A stretch of 64,000 nucleotides of DNA, taken from the IMG/VR virus record IMGVR_UViG_3300047560_001157; one strand, 5' to 3'. Position numbers and translations under genes: made by a program. This DNA is from an uncultured virus (IMG/VR IMGVR_UViG_3300047560_001157). Taxonomy: Duplodnaviria > Heunggongvirae > Uroviricota > Caudoviricetes. The first letter of the stretch is position 1; the number at the start of each line of letters is the position of its first letter. Below, in pieces: positions 26,858 to 39,500 of the stretch. The notes below the pieces were generated by a model that worked only from the letters and a program-made list of their open reading frames with translations, ran no database searches and was not told the origin of the DNA.

Positions 26858-29440
26858 TTAGAGATACTTGAACCAAATATCGCCATTTGCCCCATCACCA
26901 GTACCTGGTTCGTTTTGCGATATGTATTTGGTTGACCCGCCCCACTTTGGAACGTCTGCACTGGCTATTCTTGCTCTAACCCAAGAAGTAGTTGCAGCCA
27001 CAGTGGTGTCACTGCTACTGCTTGGATTTGGAACTGTTACAGTGCCAATGAATGTTGGGCTGGACATTGGTGCTAAAAGATCTGTGATATCTTTAACCCA
27101 CGATGTTGATGGGATAGCAGCCGAATCATCTCCTGCGATAGGAATAGTTGTTAGTGTTGGTGTTCCAGTGAATGCTGGATTGTTAATTGGTGCGGCGCCA
27201 GTGATGTCAGCAACACCAAGGGTTATTGCTCCGTTTTTGCCATTTACTGACAACACAGGACTAGACTCGTTTACGAATCTGGTTGTTGCCAACTGATTTG
27301 TGTTTGTACCTGCTGCCGCTGTTGGTGCAGTTGGTACACCTGTAAACACTGGCGATGCTTTTTCGCCTTGAACAAATGCAGTGGTAGCAAGTTGTGTTGT
27401 GTTTGTACCTGCTGCCGCTGTTGGTGCAGTTGGTATCCCTGTAAATGCCGGTGCTACTTTCTGAGCTTGCACGAAAGCAGTAGTAGCTAACTTGGTACTG
27501 CTGTCTGTTGATGTTTGTGTAGGTGCCGCTGGAGATCCTGTGAATGTAGGACTGTTAATAGGAGCTTTACCCGACACTGACCCGCTAATGTCAGATGTTG
27601 CAGTTTCTAATAGATCTTGTACAAATGCAGTAGTAGCAATTTGTGTTGTGTTTGTGTTAGATGCTGGTGTAGGTGCAGTTGGTACGCCTGTGAACGCAGG
27701 ACTGTTTATTGTTGCACGTAGCGAAATTTGAGAATTAGCTGCCGCAATGTTTGCATTGATCAATGACGATGTATAAGAAATCAAATTGGTTGCAAACGCA
27801 GTGGTTGCTATCGCTGTGGAATTTGAACCAAATGCCGCTGTAGGTGCAGTCGGTGTTCCTGTCAAAGCAGGACTATCAACATCTGCTTTGGCATCCAGTG
27901 TTGCATTAACTGTGACAAATGTATTTTCAAAACTAGTAAGTATTGTGGCTACATTACCAAAGTCTCTCTTGCTGACTGGTGCATTATTAATAATTGCATC
28001 AATATTAGCAGACAATGCGCCAAGTACCACTCCGCTGGTTGTGTCTACATAATTTTTTGTAGCAATACCATTGGCTGTCGTTGGGTCTCCGCGAACACTG
28101 CTTAGTCCAGTTAAACCACTGATAGATAAAACTGTTACAGGATTAGCAATACCAGAAATACGTGTGCTTAGATTAATGTTACCTAAGTTCTGAGTATTGG
28201 TAATGTTTAGGTTGGCATTCTGTTGCCAGAACACTGTTTTGTTAACTGCTGGAGTTGAGTTGGCGCCAAGATAGATGTTGCCTTCAACTGCTAGGTTATC
28301 GCGGAACCATTGTTCAGTTGATAGTGTGGCAAATAGGTCTGACGTTTTGCCGTTTAATCTTTGTGCATCTGTTGCTGTTCCATGGAACAATACGCTTTCG
28401 TCGGATCCACGTTGGAATGTTAGTACTTCGTTTTCTGTAAAGAAATCTGTTACATTGACACGTATTGCGTTGTTGGCATAGATTTCTTGAATTGTTTTGT
28501 TTGCGCTGTACGCAATGTTTGCCGCAATTACAATGTCGCCAACTGCTAGGTCGCTGGTACTAGACAATGTTACGACAGTTGTACCGCCTGCGCCAGCGGC
28601 ATTTGCTGCCACGCTCTTAACATATTGAGGACCGGCTGTTTCAATTAAAGTAATACCAGGTTTGATAATTGGCAGTCTTTCAATTGCATCTGCATCTCTT
28701 GGTGTGTACTCGTTGTCTCTGCTTATGGTTCCAACAATTTGACCTTTTTGGTAGATCAAACCTAATGTTCTTACAGTGCCGTTGACGTCTGTAATGGTTC
28801 TAGGATAGATACCAGTGATCTGTTGATCTTTTGTATACCCTGGACCAATAACGTTCCAGCCAGAATTTCTAGTGAATCTTACAGTTTCAGTTGCATAGAT
28901 TGTAGCAGGAGTGTTTATTCTAACGTTGCCACTGCTGAGTATCTGTGTCACAGTCACAGCATTTGCAGACAACACATTGCCAGTGGTAAGGATATCACCA
29001 ATTCTAACATTGTCAGTGCTGGCCAGCGCAACAATATAGCTGGTAGTAGAATACTGCGCTAGTACATTACTGGTTACTTCTCCTGCCCAGGCCTTTAACT
29101 GTTGGTTGGCTGTGTCCCACCATAGGTCACCTACTGTGCGGCCTGTTGCGGAAGGAGCTACAGAATTTGTTGTTAGGAAACTTAGTTTTTTCCAAACAGA
29201 TCCTTCCCAGACCTGCAAACTCATTTCGCTGGTGTTCCACCACAACTGGCCTTCTAGTGGAGTTGCTGGCGCTGTATCTTTGGCAAAGTTTTCCATCAAG
29301 GAAATAAAATTGTCATTTAGGTAGATACCATAACCTGCGTAATTACGGCCAACCAAGGTGAGCCCGTAATCCCTGTTCAATTCTGTATCGGGAATTGTAG
29401 TTAGTGTGTCACCGTTGGTTTTAGTTATCGTATAAGCCAT
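26858..29440 (-). CDS. tail fibre protein with repeats
   Basis: N-terminus paralogous to 24233-26809; seven SP.FTG.PTAPT...T.(L/I)ATT.FV-type fibre repeats. Confidence 0.85.
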   Translation of the reverse strand: MAYTITKTNGDTLTTIPDTELNRDYGLTLVGRNYAGYGIYLNDNFISLMENFAKDTAPATPLEGQLWWNTSEMSLQVWEGSVWKKLSFLTTNSVAPSATGRTVGDLWWDTANQQLKAWAGEVTSNVLAQYSTTSYIVALASTDNVRIGDILTTGNVLSANAVTVTQILSSGNVRINTPATIYATETVRFTRNSGWNVIGPGYTKDQQITGIYPRTITDVNGTVRTLGLIYQKGQIVGTISRDNEYTPRDADAIERLPIIKPGITLIETAGPQYVKSVAANAAGAGGTTVVTLSSTSDLAVGDIVIAANIAYSANKTIQEIYANNAIRVNVTDFFTENEVLTFQRGSDESVLFHGTATDAQRLNGKTSDLFATLSTEQWFRDNLAVEGNIYLGANSTPAVNKTVFWQQNANLNITNTQNLGNINLSTRISGIANPVTVLSISGLTGLSSVRGDPTTANGIATKNYVDTTSGVVLGALSANIDAIINNAPVSKRDFGNVATILTSFENTFVTVNATLDAKADVDSPALTGTPTAPTAAFGSNSTAIATTAFATNLISYTSSLINANIAAANSQISLRATINSPAFTGVPTAPTPASNTNTTQIATTAFVQDLLETATSDISGSVSGKAPINSPTFTGSPAAPTQTSTDSSTKLATTAFVQAQKVAPAFTGIPTAPTAAAGTNTTQLATTAFVQGEKASPVFTGVPTAPTAAAGTNTNQLATTRFVNESSPVLSVNGKNGAITLGVADITGAAPINNPAFTGTPTLTTIPIAGDDSAAIPSTSWVKDITDLLAPMSSPTFIGTVTVPNPSSSSDTTVAATTSWVRARIASADVPKWGGSTKYISQNEPGTGDGANGDIWFKYL
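27298..27435. repeat. intragenic direct repeat, 39 bp identical, 99-bp period
   Basis: TTGTGTTTGTACCTGCTGCCGCTGTTGGTGCAGTTGGTA at 27298-27336 and 27397-27435; corresponds to the 33-aa fibre repeat. Confidence 0.85.
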
Positions 29441-29445
29441 TTACT

Positions 29446-30114
29446 TTATCCTATTGCACTGAGATTGGTTAGTGTCTGGATCCTCACGGTATAATCAATT
29501 TGAATCAAGCGGTTCAGTGACTTCTGCACTGGGTGGAAAATTACGTGTGTAAGCAATTTGCCTGCGCCTGCGGTGCCATCAATAGCACGTGCTTTGATAC
29601 CTAGTTCATCAAACGTATAGGTATCATTTAGTGTTGTACTGTTATCAAATACTGCTTGTGTTGCAGGCTCGCCGTAGTCTAGCAAACAAGTAATAATAAT
29701 GTCTGAGTAGGGGTTACCTGCAATATGACGCACCTGCATTTTGTTGTGAGCTACGTCTGCATTGTTGTTTGTGTCTGTGTCATCAATGATTTTGTAGTAC
29801 GTTGGGTTGTACAAATCAGCTGATTGGTTTGTAGTGTTTGGGGCAAGATATGTAATTACACCTGTGCTGTCAACAGCGGTACCGCCATTGCCAAAGTGCA
29901 TTTCATACATATACTGCTGGTCTCTGTGACTCAACGCATAAGCAATAGCTTCACTCATGTTTTCGTAGTGAATAGCATTTGGCTTGTCAATGAAAACTTC
30001 GCCGGTGGTTGGGTCGTGTATTTTGATGTGACCACGCACATAAATTCCAGCTGTGACATCTGGCAATTTGGCTTGATCTTGTTTTTCAAAAGGATTTCCA
30101 GACTGATCTTGCAT
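29446..30114 (-). CDS. baseplate/tail structural protein
   Basis: FGNGG, LDYGEP, FDELG, HVIFHPVQKS and IQIDYTVR; located in the tail module. Start uncertain (30114, 30138 or 30153). Confidence 0.65.
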   Translation of the reverse strand: MQDQSGNPFEKQDQAKLPDVTAGIYVRGHIKIHDPTTGEVFIDKPNAIHYENMSEAIAYALSHRDQQYMYEMHFGNGGTAVDSTGVITYLAPNTTNQSADLYNPTYYKIIDDTDTNNNADVAHNKMQVRHIAGNPYSDIIITCLLDYGEPATQAVFDNSTTLNDTYTFDELGIKARAIDGTAGAGKLLTHVIFHPVQKSLNRLIQIDYTVRIQTLTNLSAIG

Positions 30115-30143
30115 GTTTTTATCCGTATTTTTGTCCATATCCT

Positions 30144-30149
30144 TATTTA
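30144..30149 (-). promoter_or_regulatory. putative late promoter (TAAATA)
   Basis: CTAAATA at the boundary between two structural genes. Confidence 0.5.
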
Positions 30150-30163
30150 GCATAACTTGAATC

Positions 30164-30562
30164 CTAGTCTGTAACTGTTTGTAAACCCAACACGGAAACC
30201 AAATTCCCGCTGGTTAAGTTGCCCGAAATCGTGCAGTTCAAAGTGTTTGCTACATTTCTGGTCAGCGTGGTCAGTGTACTGTTTGCAACAAACCTATCTG
30301 CGTAGCGTATAACTTCTTCACGTATGCGTACTACCCCATAAATTCCATTTTCTGCATCGGGTGCTGAATACAAACTGATGTTTGAAACCTTGATTTCAGC
30401 GTTGGCCCAGATTGTAAGATTGCCTGCTAGGGTATCATGCTTGGGCAGGCGGGGATCAATGCCAGGGTCATAGGCTTTGTTGCCTCGTAGGAATTCGGCC
30501 TGTAGCGTTTGAGCTCGATACAGGCCTGTGCCTAGCGTAAGAACATTTGATAATATTTCCAT
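30164..30562 (-). CDS. small virion protein resembling the C-terminal module of the giant baseplate ORF
   Basis: TAATG overlap with the upstream stop; GVVRIREEVIRY...LTTLTR resembles GSVWINAEKIVY...LLDLRR at the end of the 4134-aa ORF. Confidence 0.55.
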   Translation of the reverse strand: MEILSNVLTLGTGLYRAQTLQAEFLRGNKAYDPGIDPRLPKHDTLAGNLTIWANAEIKVSNISLYSAPDAENGIYGVVRIREEVIRYADRFVANSTLTTLTRNVANTLNCTISGNLTSGNLVSVLGLQTVTD

Positions 30563-33500
30563 TATGTGTCCAAATCTAACCAAATTCTGCCCTGCGGTAT
30601 GCTGGTAACTTCAGAGCTCAAATAAGTTGAAGTATTAGCACCGCCGACAATACCGTTTTCAACTATTACATCTTCGGTGATTGGTGTTGTAAAGTCTTCG
30701 TTAACCAGTTGACTTGGTGACGCATCAGTGATCAGACTGCCCATTTCATGTATAGGAGCAACACTGGTTCTTAGGCTTCCGCGACGCAGATCTAGTAGTA
30801 GTCCATTTACACGATCAACTGATTGATAAACTATCTTTTCTGCGTTGATCCACACGCTACCAGAGTCTGGCAACTTGCTGATATCATCAACGGCAATTTG
30901 TGTATCGTCAAAGCGCAAATCTTGTGTTAACATGGTTGTACTGCTTGCACCCAAACGATAGTAAGTAGTTGACAACTTGTAATCGGTGAAGATCTTGTAG
31001 GCAATTACATTACCATAATCTGGTTGTCCATTTACAATATTGGCTGTGAACACGTTCATTTGCAAGCTGTCAATAACTTGCCCTGGAACTAGTTCTTCTG
31101 GTGCATGGCTAGAGTATGTATCAATAAACTTACCACCATCAATAGTAATGTCCTCAGGTCTTACACCCAATAAATCGTCTGTGAATTCACTGGTTATAAC
31201 TGTGTCCATGCCCAGTGCATCTTCTACTGTGTCGGTGAATTTCTTGCCTTGTACTTGACTTCCTGTGTAGCCAGTTCCTGGCACCAGTGCTGGAATATCC
31301 TTTTGCAGTCCACTCAGAACACCAGCAATGTTATAGTTAACCACGCTGGTAATCTTTGTTCCTTCTTGGATACCCAAGCTGGTATTGGCCTGTAGATCGT
31401 ATCCAACTTCAAGATTTCTAATAGAATCAAATGTCAGGATCTGTGCATTGCCTGGCAAGTTTTGTGTTGCAGTCAATGAAATCACTGTGCCAGTTGGATC
31501 GTAGAATGTAACCACGTTGCCAGTGTACACACCTGTTACGTTTCCGCCGTGTGTCAACAATGGCTTGCTCAATGTGATAGTCTTGGTATTAACTGAAACT
31601 GTTCTGTAGTCCAAGTTTACGTTTTCTTCTACGCCAGGAGCAAACTGCCAAGAGAACGAAGCTTTCTTACCAACAAATCTTACACGTATATTAACAGGAA
31701 CACCTGTGCCAGAAATTGCCCAGTTAACATCTACGTTTTGATTGTAGTCGCTAACATAGATTTTTCTATCGCCCCTTACTGCGGCACGTGAAACTGTTAG
31801 TTGAGATGTAGTTGATCCGTTGGATACTGTGATCTTATCTCCAATGGCTAATCCTGAATTCAATCCAGTGGTGAATAGAACATTGCGCTCAGACGCAGTA
31901 GCAACAGTTGTGGCTGCAAAACTTATGGTAATTAGATGTGTAGTTAATCCTACTACAACATTAGACACCACTGCATCAGCTGGGATTCCTGTACCAGATG
32001 CATTCATGCCAACCATTATGGATCTTGCATCAATGTCAATAGCTGAAATTTGAATAACCAGTGAAGTAATTCCTGATCCACCAGTCCAGCTTGCTGCCTC
32101 ACGTAGTGTTGCTACACTCAGCGTAGGACTTAAGAAGCCCATCTCAATGTAGGCTTCGCTCATGTATCCTGGGTAGCCCCACAGAATAATACTCTTGTTA
32201 CCAACAACTACAAACTTTTCACCGTCCCAGGTGATGTCATTGAAGTCAATGTTTTCTAAGTATGCAGTAGTTAATGGTGCAACAAAATTGTCTGCATCAA
32301 ACTTTCTAAAGTTTTCATATGAGTTAAACTTATAGTTGATTACAGTTTTATCAATTGTATCTGGTGCCAGTTCAGCACGACCTTCTTGTTCTTCAATGAC
32401 CAATCCAAACTGGTTCCATATCAGCGTACCGCCCGAGCCTACTACCACAATCCAGTTGCTGTCTGTGCCACTGGTTGCAACACTGGCTAACTGCTGTCCA
32501 GAGTAGCCATCATTGAGGCCTTTAACGTCGATTGGAACACTCAGTGGCTTCCATGGATAGTTAACGTTGCCTGCTTTGCCATTGTTATAGTTGTAGCCAT
32601 ACAAGTAACCCTGCATGTAATCATCCAGCGCATTGTATGTAATCACATTGATTGCACCGTTGATACCCAGCGTCATTACAAAACCTGCCTTCATGGTGCG
32701 AGCCGCAACAGAAATAGATTCTGTAAAGTATCCGCTGACTGGTTGAATTTCAACCTTGTATGTGGTTCCGTCAATGTCAGTTAGATAACCAAAATCAATA
32801 GATATCAATTTCAGATAGTTCTGAATGATCAATTGATTTTGTACTTTAACATTGTACCAGCCATTGAATGCTGTATCAAAGTATGAGTTGCCTCGTGCAT
32901 TAGCTAGAATCAAACCGTTGTTACCAGCTATTACCAGATAGTCTGCATAAGTGGTCATTGCACTTGCACCACCTGTGATGTCCAAAGTTTGTGCAATGTT
33001 TTCTTGAATCAATCCGTTTACGTTATCGTTGGTAGGACTGAATCTATAAGTGTTAACTTTTTCACTTACCCAGTTTTCGCCGTCGTCATTGGTGTAAATT
33101 GTACCTTGGTTAGCAACCACCACCCAGGTATAGTTACGATACAAAATCACATCACGTGCATTAATACCTGTGTCAGTGATACGATTTGTTGTCCACTCAA
33201 TACCGTCTTTGCTCAATCCAATCAAACTAGCATCACCAACTGCGGCATATTGATAACCGTGTTGTACAGGATAGAATACACTGTGACGTACAGAGTTCCA
33301 TTGTTTAGCAACGGAAATAATTTGATCGTTAATTGCGCCCGGGACCAAACGAATTGTGTTTGGTGAACTGTAAATCTGAGCAACTTCAGGACTACCAGGT
33401 TGCAAGTAAGCGGCAATTCTATCGTTGGCGTTTTCAATATCTGATCCGTTAATTTTTTCAACAACAGTTGCATCTTCAAACAGGTTCAAGTCAATTGAAC

Positions 33501-36500
33501 TTCTACCAGTTAGTGTCTTGAGTACTCTGTAAACAAAACTAAATCTTGGCAAGGTACGTTCTGTGTAATTGGCAAAATACTGTTCGCGTACATCGTCTAG
33601 TACCAGCAGGTCGCCTGGATGATAAATTTCGTAAGGCTTCCAGAATTTTAATTCACTGGTATAACTGATACGATCAAATTTGATCTTGGTTAACACACTG
33701 CGTATTTTCTTATTCAGTGTGGTTGAAGTAATAGGAGCTGTTGGGTCTTGTACTAATTGTACGGCTGCGCTTGCTCCAGTTCCATTGCCACCGTTGAAAG
33801 TAACTGTAGGAACACTGGTGTACCCTGATCCAGGGTTTGTAAGAATTACTTCAACAACTGATGCGGTACCGTCTGCGACTGGGATACCAAGAACCGCACG
33901 TGCAGTAGCACCAGTGCCGCCGCCACCTGTGATTGACACACGTGGAGCAATAGTATATCCTGCTCCGCCAGAATTTAGTGCTAGACTTTGAATTCGATAC
34001 TTGTAATTTTCAATCCAGTCGCGTCTGTTGCTGCCGTTAATCAAGATCAAATCTCTTGCGTTAGCAGGATCAAGCACTTTGTAATTGCCAATTGACTTGT
34101 CATAGTATGACGGGAAGTCAAAGTCGCTTACACCAGGATTGAGGTTTTCTATACCATTATAGTCTAGTAGATACTCGCGTATTTGTGTTCTATAAGGTTT
34201 AACTTCATTGATATAAGACTCGTAGTAAGTTTGGTTATCTTTGATGTAGTTTGTAAACTGTTCAAGTTTACGAATTTTGTGTAGCACAGTAACCAAGCTG
34301 GTTTTAATAGCCCAGTCAACAACTACCTGTTCGCTCAAGATATAGTTCAACAATGTAAAGAACAAGTTGTTGATTTCAACTTGATCTTCGTTAACAAAGA
34401 TATCGTATACTAGACCTTCAAAGATATTACGCAGTTCAATACTTTGTGTGGTTGAGAATCCAACTTGGTCAAACGCTGAATTATCAAAACCTGTTCTGCT
34501 TATATCAGTATTGTACAATCCAGAACTGAGTTGTATAGTTCCTTTTTCTGCAATTACTTCAATCAGTGATCCATCAACTTGATATTCGTATACAGAATAC
34601 AAGCCTTTGCCTAGGTCAAGCACTTTAACAGTATTGCCAACATTCAAACTTAGTTTGGCAATGTCGTTATAACGATTAACAATATAATCTATGTTGGTAT
34701 ACTGGTCATAGCCATCAGCATACCAATCAGCAAAGTTCCACCAACGTGATGTATCATAACTTTGGATTCGAATCATACGGAATCCAACATACTGATTGTA
34801 TTCGTAAATGGTCCAGTAGTTGAAGAAGTCTGAGTCTACTTTGACTAGTACTTTGAATCCGTCAAACAATTCGCTTGCTGGAATGTACAACAACTGATCT
34901 ACTGTATCAACGGCAGCATCATAGAATCCAACTCCAGCTGCTGGTATTTCTTCTGCGGCATAGAAACGAGCTAGATTACGTTTATTGTTTATCTGCTTCT
35001 TCAACAGTATGTTATTAACAAAAGATACAAATACCTTGGCAGCAGACAGATTATCAATAATCATACTCTGTCTTGGTAGATTACTGATACCATATGCATC
35101 TGCTGTGGTCAGCTTCAAATCAGGAACAACTGCACCAGTTGAGTTTTCTCCACTCAAACTATCAATTAGTTTGCTGATTAGCTTTTGCGGTATGCGAGCA
35201 TTTTCATCACCTTGCTGAATCAATTCGTATTCATTATGACTGATAATATCGCCTAGCTTGCGACTGTATTCTAAACGGAACACAGTGTCGCTGGCTTTTA
35301 GATATTCCTTGAAGTTATAGATGTTGAAAGCATTTGATGCAATAGCCGCGACATAAGGAACTCCTTGTGCCGCTGGATCGCTGATCAATGATTCCAGTGT
35401 TACCACGCTGGACACACGAGATGTTTTGGTTCTATCAAACAACTGCTTGTTTACTACCCAGAAGTAGTACTGTGTTTTGATCAACCCCGATGTGCTTTCG
35501 TAGTATGCTTCTTCAACATAGGCACTGTTGTCGGGATACTTGGCTTGTCCGTCGCCTGAGAATTCTGCGTATTGACTTGGCAACACAGGACTTGATACCC
35601 ATTCAGCAACCTGAATCTGGCTGTCTGGGAATAGTGTACCCCAATTGGTGCTACGATAATTCAATGGACCTTGTTCGTAATCAATATAACGGCACAAGGA
35701 TAAGTCCCACCAGGTTTGTCCAACTTGCGATGCATTCCAACTGCTGTCTTCTGCAATGTTTACGGTTGTTCTTACACCACGATTGTATTGTGCAGGATCG
35801 TAACTGCTCTTGTAGTCCAGGTCCTGATCAACAATACCCAGGATCTTGCCTTTGACAGGATCAAAATAGTCTAGGTCAATGATAGACACTTGTTTTACTT
35901 TATCGTACAACAAGGCTTTGTTAATATAGTCAATGTCAATTTGGTCGCCACGTTCACGCAGTCTGCTCCAACCCTTGACATTCTTTTCGTTAACAAACAT
36001 GTGTACCGCACCTGCGTCAGGACTGTGATAATCACTGCGGTCCGCACCAACCAGCGCCCAGCCTCTGTTAACATCAACTGAACTACCAAAGTTGTCGCCT
36101 GTTAGAACAAAGGCGTTTTGTAGAACTTGGTTGTACAACAGTTTGCCAGGATTTGCTAGTGTTTCGCCCGGAGGGTTCAAATAGTCATACAAGTATACTG
36201 CACCAGATGCATTCAAACTGTCAATGAATCGTGTGGTGTCTGTGTCAAACAAGGTTAGCTTGCCGTCAAAGGTACTGGTCTTCAGAGTGTTACCGCCTTC
36301 GCTGGCAACTGCCACTGTGTTACCTGTGTCATCAATTGCAACTCTTGTACCAAACTTTTCTGGCACGCCATAACGTGGGTGTTGCAATACCTGTGTTAGT
36401 TCATATATTTTAAGTCCAATGCCATCTAATGCAGTTCCGCTTGCACCAGGTAAAATATCCAATGCACCAAGATTACTGTCTGTCTTAACAGCAATGGTCA

Positions 36501-39500
36501 AGTATCCACTTTCATCAACTGTGGTTTCTACCGCAACTGCGTTTGCCGCATCCAAGTTTTTCTTGATCTTGTCAAGGTTATCACCATAGCGAATAAATTG
36601 CAAGCTGTCGCCTGCACTCACAGTAACAGGCAAATTAACAATAACGTTAGAATAATAACCAGGAGACGCACCTGCCCATCCAGTGATCTGAATGCGGTCA
36701 GTTTTCTTGATGTCTGGACCAATCACGCTGTCACCAATTGCCAATCCAACGTTGGATGCAAGAGAAATCTCGTTAGCAATGGTACTGAACATGGCATTTA
36801 CATTTGATGTAACGCCAGGAACAATCTGACTCAATGATGCATTCTTGTCGTTGATCTTAATAGTGTCGCCTAGTGTAACGCCAACTTCAAGATAAGTCTT
36901 TTCTGTTGTAACTGTTCCGTAGTACAAGCCTTTGTTTACATAACGATACACTTGGCCGTTGTAGTAAACTTCATCGCGATACCCCGGACTACCAACTACA
37001 AGGCTCTTGTTGTCAGGGCTGATATCAACTGTGTATCCAAAACGTCCTAGGTTAACCACTGTTGGGCAAGGCAAGATTTGAATTATGTTGAAGAAGTTTG
37101 TATCGATCTTGATGCGGGCACCGTTACGAGGAATAACAGAAAGAACAATAGAGTTACCTTCAACATTATAGTCAACCAGGTTGGTTAGTAGAATGTTGTC
37201 GATGGTTACCGCTACCACGTTACGCAATGCATCTAGTGTGTAGATGTTGGTGTCGCCCAAACTTAGCAATACTTCGTAACTGCGACTGAATGTGTACACT
37301 CTACCTGCACTAGGTATTGTGTTCATATCTACATCCATGTCGTCAACGTCTGGAGCGCCAACAATTATTCTATAGCCTCCTTGGTCACACTTGACGCTCC
37401 AACCAAAGTTAGCGTCGCTGTTGATAGAATCAGGCGGTTCAATTACGTCTACCAATTGATAGAATACGTCTTTCTGCACCACAACAATAGTTGGCTCACT
37501 CAAGAAGTCGTCTGTTAAGAATACAATGTTGCCGCCGATAACAGTGTATTCTCTGTTGGGCACAAACACACGGCCTGTTGCGCCATACACCAACAGTTGG
37601 TCAATGGTTTCAGGGCGGCTTTCCAGCGCATAACTTCTAGTAACTAGATTTCTAATAATAGTTGGTGTAATAGTTGTCTGCAAGCGCAAACGGTTGATGT
37701 AAATCTTTTCTTGTGTCGCAATACGATCATAATCAGCAAAATAGATACCACCAGCGTTGTCAACTGTGTAGTCAAAGTTTGGTTCGTATAGTTTACCGTT
37801 GCTACCTAATACTTTCAATTCGCTTGCTGATTTCAAATTAAACAAGTTCGTTGCATAGGATAACTGATTTGTCACAGGTGTTAAAGTAACACGAGAATAG
37901 TTCTGTGTTTTCTTACCATATGCATATACTTTGTTAGCACCTGGTGCACCAATGTAGATCCACTGTTGATCTGGGCTCATTGCAACGCTATGACCAAATC
38001 TATCGCCTGCCATTAGATCTGCTGGGTATAGCAATTGATAGCTGATCCACTGTGATCCTAGCGTCTGGCTTATGAAAACACCACCAGTGTCGTTATAAGA
38101 TCCTGGTGCACCAATGGCAGCAAGAATTGTGCCAATGTCAACGCTGTAGCCAAATTCTCTAGCATAGCTGTTAAACGGCTTGATCAACTGTGTTTCTTCG
38201 ATTGTTGTTTTGTTTTGGTCAGGGCGTAAGAATGTCTTAACTTGTCCAATTGGCAATACTGCTTCAACAATAGCACCACTACCTGTTCCTGACAGGTCAA
38301 CAATTTCAACTGTTGGAATTTCTAAATAACCTTGACCATAGCTGATAACACTGGTTCCAGTAAAGTTAGAAATACCGTCAATGGTACGTCCAATATTACC
38401 CGTTGCACCAGTGCCGCCACCGTAGTACAAATTAGCATAAGTGTATTGAGTATCGTAATCACTGCCTGGATTCAATATGGTAATAGTGTTAATTGCACCA
38501 TTGGCAAAAGTTGTCACGGTGCCAGAGAATCCGCTACCAGTGGCGCTGTTTGCCATGGTAATGATTGTACCAGATCCGTAACTTCTTCCACGGCTGGCTG
38601 TAGCACCAGTAAATCCAACTGATTGTATACCACCATTACTGTAAAAACTTAAATCTGCACGTGCGTTATTTGCATAATCGCTTGAGTGTGTTGAGATTGT
38701 AATGGTTGGTTCTCTGTAATCTTGTCCTTTGTCAGTAATAACAAATTGGTCAACTGATGTTAGTTTTAATCTAGCTCTTAGTGTAACAGGAGTTGGGTTG
38801 TTGGTTAACAAAATCACTTCAGGTTCTTCTGTATATCCAGAACCTTGGTTAGTAATAACAACTTCGGTGATACGACCACCTGTTAGTACTGCACGTGCAG
38901 TTGCACCAAAGCCACCACCGCCAACAATTTCAACAGTTGGAGTGATAATAAATCCACTGCCGCCGTTGACAATTTCTATGTAGTCTACACCTGTAGGACT
39001 TAGTTTTGATACTACGCGGCCACCAGTGCCTCTATAGAATTTAACATCTTTGCCACTGCGTACACTTAGGCTGGTTGTGATTACCCAGCTGGTTGCTGAG
39101 CCAGTACCTTGAACTATTTCAATTTGTGCTGTTAATGTTGTACCAGTAAAATCAATTACATAACCTTCAATGTACGTAGAAAGGTCACCAGTCTTGTACG
39201 CACGAATACCAGCACCTGGTACAATTGGTGTTAATGTGGCTGGCAAATTGGTTGTAAATGTTACTGTGCCTGTGGCTACAGGAATAGGTGTAGCACTGAT
39301 CAATCCGGCGTATGCTGGTCCTTCAATCTTAACACGATGTCCGGCTAAGTCAGTATCAGTTACTTGATAATCAGCCGGGATACCATCGCCGATTACATAA
39401 TCGCCTAGATAGATGTGATCCAAGTCAGCTGTGCTAACATACAACCAATCTGTGTTTAATGTTTCTGCTGTGGTTATAGTATTCCACTCGTCTAGCAAGG

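Noticed and set aside
27298..27435. Direct repeats as a CRISPR array or a DGR template/variable pair
   Set aside because: Only two identical copies, in frame within a fibre gene with a codon-multiple period; no unique spacers, cas genes, reverse transcriptase or adenine-specific mismatches.
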